From contig JAUQWT010000293.1 in NCBI GenBank assembly GCA_030835005.1, forward strand, positions 1-37,042: 37,042 bases of DNA, given 5' to 3'. Below are positions 1 to 8,371 of the stretch, piece after piece. Position 1 is the first letter of the stretch; every line of letters starts with the position of its first letter. Under the pieces are notes generated by a model, which saw only the letters and a program-made list of their open reading frames with translations, did not search any database and had not been told where the DNA came from. The position numbers were made by a program, and so were the translations under genes. Source of the DNA: Ignavibacteria bacterium (lineage in GTDB: Bacteria; Bacteroidota; Ignavibacteria; Tepidaquicellales; OLB5).

Positions 1-500
1 TAATCTTCAATGGTAGAGTAAGCTGTAATATAGGAGTTGGTTTCAAGCTTGCATTTTCTCCCAATTGTTGTGAAGTTCTCTATTGTACAGCTTCTGCCAA
101 CGATGGTAAACTCCCCTACTTTAACATCTTCCCTTACGGCAGCAGAGTCTGCAATAAGTACATTATTTGCAATTTCGCATCCTGTGTATACAACTACCTG
201 CGCGCCTATAAGGCATTCGTCACCAACCTTCGCGGGCTCATATTTCTTATCTGATTTGAATATACTCCGCTTTGACCTAAGCGGCTCTTTGCCTATTACA
301 GTATTATCATCTATCCTTACGCCGTTTCCGATGACTGTTCCGTTATGTATAACTACGTTGTGCCCTATGGAACAATTGTCACCAATCACAACACCCGCTT
401 CAATAACGCAAAACTTTCCGCATTTGAAACCGCTTCCGGTTTTCGCGGATTTATCAATATATATACTGTTTTCTTCTACTGTAATTTTTCCTGTTTGCAT
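1..500 (-). CDS. Hexapeptide-repeat (left-handed beta-helix) acyl/acetyltransferase. Only the 5' part is present; the gene runs off the window start.
   Basis: My own reverse translation from the ATG at 500 gives MQTGKITVEENSIYIDKSAKTGSGFKCGKFCVIEAGVVIGDNCSIGHNVVIHNGTVIGNGVRIDDNTVIGKEPL..., with repeated [LIV]-G-x4 hexads. An in-frame TGA lies upstream of the ATG. It is missing from the ORF track because no stop falls inside the window. The 37..615 + ORF is its antisense shadow. Confidence 0.75.
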   Translation of the reverse strand, partial: MQTGKITVEENSIYIDKSAKTGSGFKCGKFCVIEAGVVIGDNCSIGHNVVIHNGTVIGNGVRIDDNTVIGKEPLRSKRSIFKSDKKYEPAKVGDECLIGAQVVVYTGCEIANNVLIADSAAVREDVKVGEFTIVGRSCTIENFTTIGRKCKLETNSYITAYSTIED

Positions 501-673
501 TGTATTTTTTAATTCTATCTTTAAATATACACATGGTTTAAAGGCATTTCAAATCAATAATTTACGGCCAAAATGTAAGAATTATTCCATTATTGAAATT
601 AATGAATACCTTTAGCATATTTGCAGGAAGATTCAAAATATTACATTTCTCACTATAATACGGAGGTTAACTT

Positions 674-1012
674 ATGACATTTCTTTTCACAGCACGCCAT
701 TTTAAAGCTCATGATACACTGAAAGAATTCGCCGAAGCAGAGTGCCACAAGTTTTCAAAATATTACGATGGGATAATCAAAACAGAAGTGATCTTAAGTT
801 ACGATAAACCCGAAAACAGCATAAAACACGCAGAAGTAATCGTCCACGCCAGGAACAATCAAACCTTTACGGCTAAAGAATCATCAGATGATTTTATGAA
901 GTCAATTGAAGCCTCGATGAGTAAGATCGAAACTCAGGTAAAGAAGTACAAAGATAAACTAACGGATCATAATGCAGATAAAGCTGTAAAGAACTTCGAA
1001 GAAAAAGAATAA
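674..1012 (+). CDS. hpf: Ribosome hibernation promoting factor / sigma-54 modulation protein family (short HPF/YfiA type)
   Basis: 112 aa. The N-terminal pattern MTFLFTARHFKAHDTLKEFAEAECHKFSKYY and the basic/acidic C-terminal helix are typical of HPF/RaiA. A GGAGG Shine-Dalgarno site lies 7 nt upstream. Confidence 0.85.
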   Translation: MTFLFTARHFKAHDTLKEFAEAECHKFSKYYDGIIKTEVILSYDKPENSIKHAEVIVHARNNQTFTAKESSDDFMKSIEASMSKIETQVKKYKDKLTDHNADKAVKNFEEKE

Positions 1013-1015
1013 CTT

Positions 1016-2062
1016 ATGAAGCATCTTCACAAAGTTCTTAAGAACATTGAAACAGTCCGCAAAGAAAAGATCACTGTAGATTTTTTCTACAATGCAGCAA
1101 AGGACAGGTTTAAGCTTACTAAAATATCAGAAGGTGAGATAGGGCTGGATAAGATAATCCGCGATCAGCATATCCACCGTCCCGGCCTTGCGCTTGCAGG
1201 GTACACTGCTTTGTTCACTTTTGACCGGGTACAGATACTCGGAAATACTGAGATGCGTTATCTAAGGCAGCTATCCCCTGAACAGCGAACAAAGGCACTC
1301 AAGAAATTCTTTTCATTCAACATGCCCTGCATCTGTGTAACTTTCAACAATAAACCAAGCGATGAGTTCATGGAAATGGCAAACAAGAAAAATATTGCCG
1401 TTTTCTTAACTCCCCTTGAAACTACCAAGTTCGCGTATTTTATCAGCGATTTCCTTGATGACCAGTTCTCAACACAGGTTGCGCTTCATGGCTCATTTGT
1501 TGATGTCTATGGCGTTGGGCTCTTGTTCTACGGAAGAAGCGGCATAGGCAAAAGCGAAATTGCACTTGATCTGGTTGAACGCGGACACCGCCTTGTAGCT
1601 GATGATGTTGTTATGATCTCCCGCAAGGGTGACGGCATCTTAATGGGTACAGGCACTGAGCTAGTTAAGCACTTTATGGAGATCCGAGGCCTTGGTATAA
1701 TTGACGTCAGGAGTGTTTTTGGCATCAGGGCAATCAGGTTTCAGAAAAGGGTTGAGCTATTGGTTAACCTCGAAGAATGGGACCCCAAGAAAGAATACAC
1801 GCGCACCGGGCTTGATAACGAAATGATGGACATGTTAGGCGTTGAACTTCCTTTCGTAAGGCTTCCGATTTTCCCGGGAAAGAATATCACAGTGATCTCC
1901 GAGATAATTGCTTTGAACTATTTATGCAAGCATTACGGCTATGATGCAGCAAAGGCTTTAAGCGAAAAGCTTGAGCATGCAATAAACACTAAATCTAAAC
2001 TCAAAGACGCGAACATAGGTTATGAACGCTCTGTGGAATACCTGGAACACGACTTTGAGTAA
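1016..2062 (+). CDS. hprK: HPr kinase/phosphorylase
   Basis: P-loop GRSGIGKSEIALDLVERGHRLVADDVV and the EIRGLGIIDV signature. It starts 3 nt after hpf. Confidence 0.9.
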   Translation: MKHLHKVLKNIETVRKEKITVDFFYNAAKDRFKLTKISEGEIGLDKIIRDQHIHRPGLALAGYTALFTFDRVQILGNTEMRYLRQLSPEQRTKALKKFFSFNMPCICVTFNNKPSDEFMEMANKKNIAVFLTPLETTKFAYFISDFLDDQFSTQVALHGSFVDVYGVGLLFYGRSGIGKSEIALDLVERGHRLVADDVVMISRKGDGILMGTGTELVKHFMEIRGLGIIDVRSVFGIRAIRFQKRVELLVNLEEWDPKKEYTRTGLDNEMMDMLGVELPFVRLPIFPGKNITVISEIIALNYLCKHYGYDAAKALSEKLEHAINTKSKLKDANIGYERSVEYLEHDFE

Positions 2063-2076
2063 TTAACTAATTCAAA

Positions 2077-3882
2077 ATGAAAAAGAATTTTGCTTTTCTG
2101 CTCTCGTTTGCCCTTCTTGTAACACTTTCGTTTAGCTGCGGTAAAAAGGAAACCTCCGAAAAAAAGGAAGGTGAAGATTACTCTAAAGTTGCGCCAACAG
2201 ATACTACCGGTGCAGTTTTCGGCGACTGGATAATCCAGCGTGAGTTAGCAGACCCTCAAAGCCTGAATCCGGTTGTACTTCAGGATGCCACTGGCAGGGA
2301 GTTTTCCCTCCATGTTTTTGAAAGGCTGATGTGGGCTGCCGGAAGAGAGTCTTATGATCTCGTTCCGTGGATCGCAGAGTCTTTCCCCGAGGAAACTCCG
2401 GACCATTTGAATTATACTTATAAGTTAAAGAAGAATGTAACATTTTCAACTGGCAAGCCATTGACGGGAAGAGACGTTGTGTTTACTTTTAAGGCAATGA
2501 TGAATCCGCTTGTAGATGCAGCGCAATCAAGGCAGGCAATTGATATGCTGAAAAATGTTGAGCTTGTAGGAGGCGATGAATACACTGTTAAATTCACTTT
2601 GTCCCGGCCATTTTTTAAAGCAGTATATGCCCTCTCCGATTTCCAGATAATGAGTAAAGATGCTGCCGACCCGGAAGGGCTGACAGATAAATATACTTTT
2701 GCAGAATGCAAAGATGTGGCAACTGCTCAGAAAAATCCCGATATGAAGAAATTCGCAGATTTCTTCAATTCACAGGAAGCAAACCGTGACCCGAAATACC
2801 TGATAGGTTCAGGTCCATATATTTTTGAAAAATGGGATACCGGCCAATGGGTTTATTTTAAGCGCAACCACAATTACTGGAACAAAACTGCAATCCACGG
2901 AATGGCATACCCTGAAAAACTGATAATAAAAGTAATTCAGGATCAAAGTGCTGCAACGGTTGCTGCAAAGAATAAAGAGATCGATATTATGTACGTGGTT
3001 AAGCCAATGGATTTTGTAAAAGAGCTTGATAAGCCTGAGCAGTATTCAATGAAAAAGGCTGACCCTTTTGAACCCCAGTTTGTTTATATAGGTTATAATA
3101 TGAACAACGTTTTTTTCAACGATTTGAAAGTGCGCTGGGCAATGGCTTACTTGGTTGATCGTAAACTGATCATTGAGAAAATTCAGTACGGGCTTGCAGT
3201 GCCTATTTCAAGTCCGGTCTATTTTGGTGATGTCAAAAATTTTAATCCTGATCTTCCGCTCATTGAGTTCAATCCGGATAAGGCAAAAGAACTCTTAAGC
3301 GAAGCCGGCTGGAAAGATAGCGATGGCGACGGCATCCTGGACAAAATGATAAACGGAAAAAAAGTTGATTTTAAGTTTACTTACCTGTTGAATACAAATG
3401 AATCACGAAAACAGACAATTCTTGTTGTTGCAGATGCTTTGAAGAAAGTTGGCATTATTGCAGAAATACAAACACTGGAATGGTCTGTCTTCCTCGACAA
3501 AATCAAAAAGCATGAGTTTGATGCACTCATGGGCGCGTGGGTACTTTCAGATTACCCGCCTGATCAATACCAGCTTTTTCATTCTTCTCAATCTAAGAAC
3601 GATGGAAGCAACTACGGAAGTTACAGCAACCCTATTGCCGATAAACTGATGGAGGAATACAGAAGTGAGTTTGATGAAAATAAGAGGATAGAAATTACAA
3701 AGAAACTGCAGAAAGTACTGTATGACGACCAGGCGTATACTTTCTTGTGGACTCCTAAGGCGAAGTATGTTTACTCCGATAGATTTAAAAACGTAAGGTG
3801 GTACCCTACACCTCCAACTGCTTACCATACTCCGGAGTGGTGGGTTCCAGCAGGACAAAGGAAATACCAGGGAGATAAGTAG
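2077..3882 (+). CDS. ABC transporter substrate-binding lipoprotein, family 5 (peptide/nickel, DppA/OppA-like), paralog 1
   Basis: Signal peptide with lipobox LSFSC. About 600 aa. Family-5 hallmarks include GSGPY.FEKWD, NxNYW and GWKDSDGDGILDK. Confidence 0.85.
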   Translation: MKKNFAFLLSFALLVTLSFSCGKKETSEKKEGEDYSKVAPTDTTGAVFGDWIIQRELADPQSLNPVVLQDATGREFSLHVFERLMWAAGRESYDLVPWIAESFPEETPDHLNYTYKLKKNVTFSTGKPLTGRDVVFTFKAMMNPLVDAAQSRQAIDMLKNVELVGGDEYTVKFTLSRPFFKAVYALSDFQIMSKDAADPEGLTDKYTFAECKDVATAQKNPDMKKFADFFNSQEANRDPKYLIGSGPYIFEKWDTGQWVYFKRNHNYWNKTAIHGMAYPEKLIIKVIQDQSAATVAAKNKEIDIMYVVKPMDFVKELDKPEQYSMKKADPFEPQFVYIGYNMNNVFFNDLKVRWAMAYLVDRKLIIEKIQYGLAVPISSPVYFGDVKNFNPDLPLIEFNPDKAKELLSEAGWKDSDGDGILDKMINGKKVDFKFTYLLNTNESRKQTILVVADALKKVGIIAEIQTLEWSVFLDKIKKHEFDALMGAWVLSDYPPDQYQLFHSSQSKNDGSNYGSYSNPIADKLMEEYRSEFDENKRIEITKKLQKVLYDDQAYTFLWTPKAKYVYSDRFKNVRWYPTPPTAYHTPEWWVPAGQRKYQGDK

Positions 3883-4048
3883 CATTTCCCGGCAATTGAC
3901 TGCCTGATCAGAAATTTGCCAAAGAATCATCTTTGAAAGTAAAAAAAGACGGATTTTGCAGTTGAAATTTACTTTTTTATAGATAAATTGCGGTTCATAC
4001 ATCAAAAAATTAGAAATTTTTACCAATTTAAACGGATATCTTTCAACT

Positions 4049-5851
4049 ATGATTAAATTCAAGTTAACTGCCCTCCTAGCAGTTGTTTTTTCCGCTTTAT
4101 TAATGGTTGGTTGCGGAGGAAAGACCTCACAGCAAAACAATACAAATACATCATCAAATGATCTCGAAAAAGTTGATACAGCAAGTGCGGTATCTGGTGA
4201 TTGGCTTATTATAAGGGAAATGTCAGATCCTGAAAAGCTAAACCCAATTGTATCAAATGATGCCACTGCATCAGAGATATGTTCCTATATATTTGAATTT
4301 CTTTTAACACAAAACAAGGAAACTTATGAACTGGAACCGGGCTTAGCGGCATTACCTGAAGTATCCCCGGATAACTTGACTTATACATTTACAATTAACA
4401 AAAACGCGAAGTTTTCTGATGGTCACCCGCTTACTGCTGCTGATGTGATATTTACTTTGAAAACGATAAAGAATCCATTAGTGGATGATGCTGCAACTAG
4501 GAATTATTTCGAAACAGTTGAAAAAGCTGAAATGGTTGATAACGATCCTTATAAAGTAAGATTTGTCCTTTCAAAACCTAATTGGAGAGGAGTTTACACA
4601 CTGGCAGGCGTGCAGGTAATAGCAAAACACGTTCTTGATCCCGGAAATGTAACTGATAAATTCACTTGGGATGAATTAAAAGATATAAAGGCTGCTGCAA
4701 AAAACCCTGAGATGCAGAAATTTGCTGACTTCATCAACTCTCAGGAAGTTTCAAGGCAGGCAAAATATCTTGTTGGTTCAGGTCCGTATAAATTTGAGAG
4801 GTGGGATACCGGCGCAGGTGTTACGCTTGTCAGGAACGATAATTACTGGGGCAACTCCGTTGTCACTCCTAATTACCCGCAGAAGATAATCTTTAAGATC
4901 ATTCAGGATAATTCCGCAGCTCTTGTAGCAGCAAAGAACAAAGAGATTGACGCAATGTATGTTATAAAACCATCAGATTTTTATAAAGATCTTGAAAATC
5001 CTGACCAGTTTAATCTTGTTAAGGCAAAACCATACGAGCCGGCATATTCCTATCTTGCATGGAATCAACTCAACCCGCTTTTCCAGGATAAAAAAGTCAG
5101 GTTGGCTCTATCCCACCTTGTAGATAGAAAAACTATTATTGATAAAGTTCTTTTCGGTGATGGAATTCCTATTCAATCTCATATTTTCTATAAAAACACA
5201 AAGCTGTTAAAAGATGATTTGCCGGTCATACAGTATGATCCGGAAAAGGCTAAAAAGCTGCTTGAAGAAGCCGGCTGGAAAGATACAGATGGAGACGGAG
5301 TTCTTGATAAAGTTATTAACGGCAAAAAAACTGATTTCAAATTTACCTTCTTAAGCAATACAAATCCAACACGCAAACAAATACTGCTGGTAGTTGTAGA
5401 TGCTTTGAAGAAAGTTGGCATTCAGGCTGAAGTTCAGGAACTTGAATGGTCAGTTTATCTTGATAAGACAAAGAAACATGAATTCGAAGCAACATATTCA
5501 TCATGGACATCACCTACTACTCCTCCCGATCCGTACCAGATTTGGCATTCATCCCAATCTGAAGGAGAAGGAAGCAATTACATCAGTTTCAAGAACAGGA
5601 AGAATGATAGTCTAATAGAAGCTTACAGGAACGAAATGGATGAAAACAAGAGGATAGCGATCATTAAAGAATGGCAGCAGCTTATACATGATGAACAGCC
5701 GTATTCTTTTCTCTGGAGCCCAAGGGCAAGATATATATATGACAAGAGATTCAGGAATGCCAGATGGTATAATATACAGCCCAGCCCTTCGTATAATGAG
5801 TGGTGGGTACCCTCTGGTTCACAGAAATATACTCAAAACAAGAACAATTAA
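4049..5851 (+). CDS. ABC transporter substrate-binding lipoprotein, family 5, paralog 2
   Basis: Lipobox LMVGC. Colinear with the 2077..3882 product over its full length (same GSGPYKFERWD and GWKDTDGDGVLDK blocks), so this is an old tandem duplication. Confidence 0.85.
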   Translation: MIKFKLTALLAVVFSALLMVGCGGKTSQQNNTNTSSNDLEKVDTASAVSGDWLIIREMSDPEKLNPIVSNDATASEICSYIFEFLLTQNKETYELEPGLAALPEVSPDNLTYTFTINKNAKFSDGHPLTAADVIFTLKTIKNPLVDDAATRNYFETVEKAEMVDNDPYKVRFVLSKPNWRGVYTLAGVQVIAKHVLDPGNVTDKFTWDELKDIKAAAKNPEMQKFADFINSQEVSRQAKYLVGSGPYKFERWDTGAGVTLVRNDNYWGNSVVTPNYPQKIIFKIIQDNSAALVAAKNKEIDAMYVIKPSDFYKDLENPDQFNLVKAKPYEPAYSYLAWNQLNPLFQDKKVRLALSHLVDRKTIIDKVLFGDGIPIQSHIFYKNTKLLKDDLPVIQYDPEKAKKLLEEAGWKDTDGDGVLDKVINGKKTDFKFTFLSNTNPTRKQILLVVVDALKKVGIQAEVQELEWSVYLDKTKKHEFEATYSSWTSPTTPPDPYQIWHSSQSEGEGSNYISFKNRKNDSLIEAYRNEMDENKRIAIIKEWQQLIHDEQPYSFLWSPRARYIYDKRFRNARWYNIQPSPSYNEWWVPSGSQKYTQNKNN

Positions 5852-5861
5852 ACGTAAGTGA

Positions 5862-6872
5862 ATGTCAACTTATATCGTTAAAAGAATATTGTTGTTTATT
5901 CCAACGCTTATTGCAATCACAATAATTACGTTTACTATTTCCCGTTTGGCGCCGGGAGATCCTACGGAGTTAAAGGTTGGTGTTAGCGGTGAGAATATGA
6001 AGGCCGATGAAAAAAGTCAATTGAACCAGCAGGCCAAAGATTATTACAAGCAGAAATGGGGACTTGATAAATCAATTCCGATGCAGTATCTGATATGGCT
6101 TGGGAATATGGCTACCGGTGATTTTGGCAATTCATTTGTTGATAACAGGCCGGTTATGAGCAAGATAATGGAAAGGATACCGGTAACAGCTTCGATAGCG
6201 TTAATGATCATATCTCTGAGTTACCTCATTGCTATTCCGATCGGGATCTATTCTGCAGCGAGGCAATACAGTGCAATTGACAGGTTTTCGACGTTTATGC
6301 TATTTGTTTTCTATTCACTGCCTTCTTTCTGGGTGGCAACTATGGCAATAGTATTTCTGGCTAATGTTGAATATATAAAGATATTCCCGACTTCCGGACT
6401 CTATACTCTAGGCTCTGAAAACTGGACTTTCTTGGAGCGTGCATGGGATAGAATATATCATTTGATATTACCTGTAACTTGCGGCTCGCTGGCCAGCTTT
6501 GCGTTTCTTTCAAGACAAATGAGAGGCAGCATGCTTGAGGTGATCAGGCAGGACTACGTTAGAACTGCACGGGCAAAAGGGCTGACCGAAAGAACAGTTG
6601 TACTTAAACATGCTCTCAGAAATTCGCTTATACCTATTATTACATTGCTGGGTGGTATATTGCCGGCACTTGTTGGTGGATCTGTCATAATTGAATCGAT
6701 TTTCAGCATACCTGGGATCGGACAGCTTGCATTTCAGGCTTTAGTTGCGAGAGATTATCCTTTGATTATGGCTGAGCTTGTACTTGCTGCAATACTCACA
6801 ATGCTTGGGCTGTTGCTGGTTGATATTTTATATGCTATTGTTGATCCAAGAATTGCATTTTCAAAGAAATAG
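5862..6872 (+). CDS. ABC transporter permease (DppB/OppB-like)
   Basis: N-terminus MSTYIVKRILLFIPTLIAITIITFTISRLAPGDP and the EAA-type loop RTARAKGLTERTVVLKHALRNSLIP. Confidence 0.85.
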   Translation: MSTYIVKRILLFIPTLIAITIITFTISRLAPGDPTELKVGVSGENMKADEKSQLNQQAKDYYKQKWGLDKSIPMQYLIWLGNMATGDFGNSFVDNRPVMSKIMERIPVTASIALMIISLSYLIAIPIGIYSAARQYSAIDRFSTFMLFVFYSLPSFWVATMAIVFLANVEYIKIFPTSGLYTLGSENWTFLERAWDRIYHLILPVTCGSLASFAFLSRQMRGSMLEVIRQDYVRTARAKGLTERTVVLKHALRNSLIPIITLLGGILPALVGGSVIIESIFSIPGIGQLAFQALVARDYPLIMAELVLAAILTMLGLLLVDILYAIVDPRIAFSKK

Positions 6873-6889
6873 AAATTATTTATTCATTA

Positions 6890-8026
6890 ATGGCTGATAG
6901 AAAAGTATCTGAAAACGAATTCATAGGCGATAACACTATGGTTGGCGGCCCCGTGCCACAGGTCATGGTTATGGAAGGAAATGAAATTCCTTCAAATGGA
7001 AAAGATTCAGGCAAACGAAAAGTTGATCAGACATATTGGTCATTAGTAAAACACCAGTATAGAAAAAATAAGCTTGCCGTTGCTGCACTTTATGTTGTAT
7101 TTTTCCTTGTTTTGATGGCACTCACAGCTGATTTTGTTGCCAATGATAAGCCGCTTTACTGTAATTACAAAGGCGAAATCTTTTTGCCCGTTTTTAAGGA
7201 ATACATGGTTGGGCTTGGGCTTTCAAAATGGCAGGGCGATTTTCTGAATGCAGATTGGAAAACCCTGACGTTTGAAACAGCTATATGGCCACCAATTAGG
7301 TTCGCTCCTTCAAATGTGGATCTTTTTAACACTTCGGCCACACCATCGCTGGAGAGCGGACATTATCTTGGAACTGACGGCATCGGAAGGGATGTTCTCG
7401 CAGGATTGATCCATGGTTCGAGAGTCTCTTTATCAGTAGGATTTATCGCGGCAGGTATTGCGATCTTTATCGGTGTGCTTCTGGGCTCGATCTCCGGATA
7501 CTACGGAGGTAAGATCGATCTGGTCATAATGAGGTTCGTTGAGATCATGCAGTTGTTTCCTGCGTTTTTTCTTATAATCACAATAGTTGCATTGTACGGC
7601 TCAAGTATCTGGTATATTATGATTGCCATTGGGCTTACCAGCTGGACCGGTAATACAAAGCTTGTGAGGGGTGAGATACTTAAAGTCAGAAACATGGACT
7701 ATATTCAGGCCGCTGTTTCGCTTGGACTTTCAAACATGCGGATAATCTTTCGTCACGTACTTCCAAACGCCATAGCGCCGGTTTTGATTTCCGCTTCATT
7801 TGAGATCGCTGGTGCGATCCTCGCAGAAGCTGCTTTGAGTTTTCTTGGTTTCGGGGTCGCGGCAACTAAGGTAACATGGGGTTCAGTGCTTTCTGAAGCG
7901 CGAGGAGCTACTAGTTCTTGGTGGCTTGCAGTCTTCCCGGGTTTTATGATCTTCCTGACTGTTGTTGCCTACAATTTGGTTGGTGAAGGCTTGCGCGATG
8001 CACTTGATCCTAGACTCAGAGACTAG
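6890..8026 (+). CDS. ABC transporter permease (DppC/OppC-like) with N-terminal extension
   Basis: GTDGIGRDVLAGLIHGSRVSL, the EAA-type loop DYIQAAVSLGLSNMRIIFRHVLPNAIAP, and the C-terminal GEGLRDALDPRL. Confidence 0.85.
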   Translation: MADRKVSENEFIGDNTMVGGPVPQVMVMEGNEIPSNGKDSGKRKVDQTYWSLVKHQYRKNKLAVAALYVVFFLVLMALTADFVANDKPLYCNYKGEIFLPVFKEYMVGLGLSKWQGDFLNADWKTLTFETAIWPPIRFAPSNVDLFNTSATPSLESGHYLGTDGIGRDVLAGLIHGSRVSLSVGFIAAGIAIFIGVLLGSISGYYGGKIDLVIMRFVEIMQLFPAFFLIITIVALYGSSIWYIMIAIGLTSWTGNTKLVRGEILKVRNMDYIQAAVSLGLSNMRIIFRHVLPNAIAPVLISASFEIAGAILAEAALSFLGFGVAATKVTWGSVLSEARGATSSWWLAVFPGFMIFLTVVAYNLVGEGLRDALDPRLRD

Positions 8027-8085
8027 GATACTTAACTTTTTATTGAACAAAATATCTACAAACTATATTCAAAAGGAGATGAAAA

Positions 8086-8313
8086 ATGGTATGGACTCTG
8101 GAACTGGCTTCTTACCTTGATGATGCACCATGGCCGGCTAACAAAGCAGAGCTCATTGATTATTCGCAAAGGACAGGAGCGCCACAGGAAGTTATTGAGA
8201 ATTTGAGAGACCTGGAGGAAACTGATGAACCTTATGAAAGCATCGAAGAGATTTGGCTGGATTATCCGACTAAAGAAGATTTCTTTTACGATGATGAAGA
8301 AAAGGATTTCTAA
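8086..8313 (+). CDS. Small acidic DUF2795-like protein
   Basis: 75 aa. LASYLDDAPWPANKAELIDYSQRTGAPQEVIENLRDL matches my recollection of the DUF2795 pattern. A strong AAGGAG Shine-Dalgarno site lies upstream and a terminator follows. Confidence 0.6.
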   Translation: MVWTLELASYLDDAPWPANKAELIDYSQRTGAPQEVIENLRDLEETDEPYESIEEIWLDYPTKEDFFYDDEEKDF

Positions 8314-8336
8314 GTTAATTTGCTCAAAAAATACTT

Positions 8337-8360
8337 AACCCCGAGCCATCGGGGTTTTTT
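8337..8360 (+). terminator. Rho-independent terminator after the ABC/DUF2795 operon
   Basis: AACCCCGA-GCCA-TCGGGGTT hairpin running into a T6 tract, 24 nt after the stop codon. Confidence 0.7.
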
Positions 8361-8371
8361 ATATTCCTAAA

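Noticed and set aside
37-615. 192-aa ORF on the plus strand at the window start
   Set aside because: It is antisense to a convincing hexapeptide-repeat transferase on the minus strand (1..500). Its Ser/Thr/Pro/Leu-rich, low-complexity translation has no motifs and no Shine-Dalgarno site, so it is a shadow ORF.
613-627. Sigma-54-like element TAGCATATTTGCA upstream of hpf
   Set aside because: The GG/GC spacing is too short by about 3-4 nt compared with TGGCAC-N5-TTGC, and the -24 GG reads AG. It is not a credible RpoN promoter.
654-659. Perfect TATAAT hexamer upstream of hpf
   Set aside because: It ends only 3 nt before the GGAGG Shine-Dalgarno site, so a transcript starting from it would lack the ribosome-binding site. 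No acceptable -35 element lies at 17-18 nt. It is likely a chance match in AT-rich DNA.
3547-4266. 239-aa minus-strand ORF spanning the 3' end of SBP1, the intergenic region and the 5' end of SBP2
   Set aside because: It overlaps two well-supported plus-strand genes and crosses a non-coding spacer. It has no recognisable domain and is probably a chance open frame in AT-rich sequence.
2077-5851. Possibility that the two SBP genes are a recent duplication or an assembly artefact
   Set aside because: The nucleotide sequences differ at most synonymous and many non-synonymous positions, and the two genes have distinct signal peptides and a 166-bp spacer. This is an old, genuine paralog pair.
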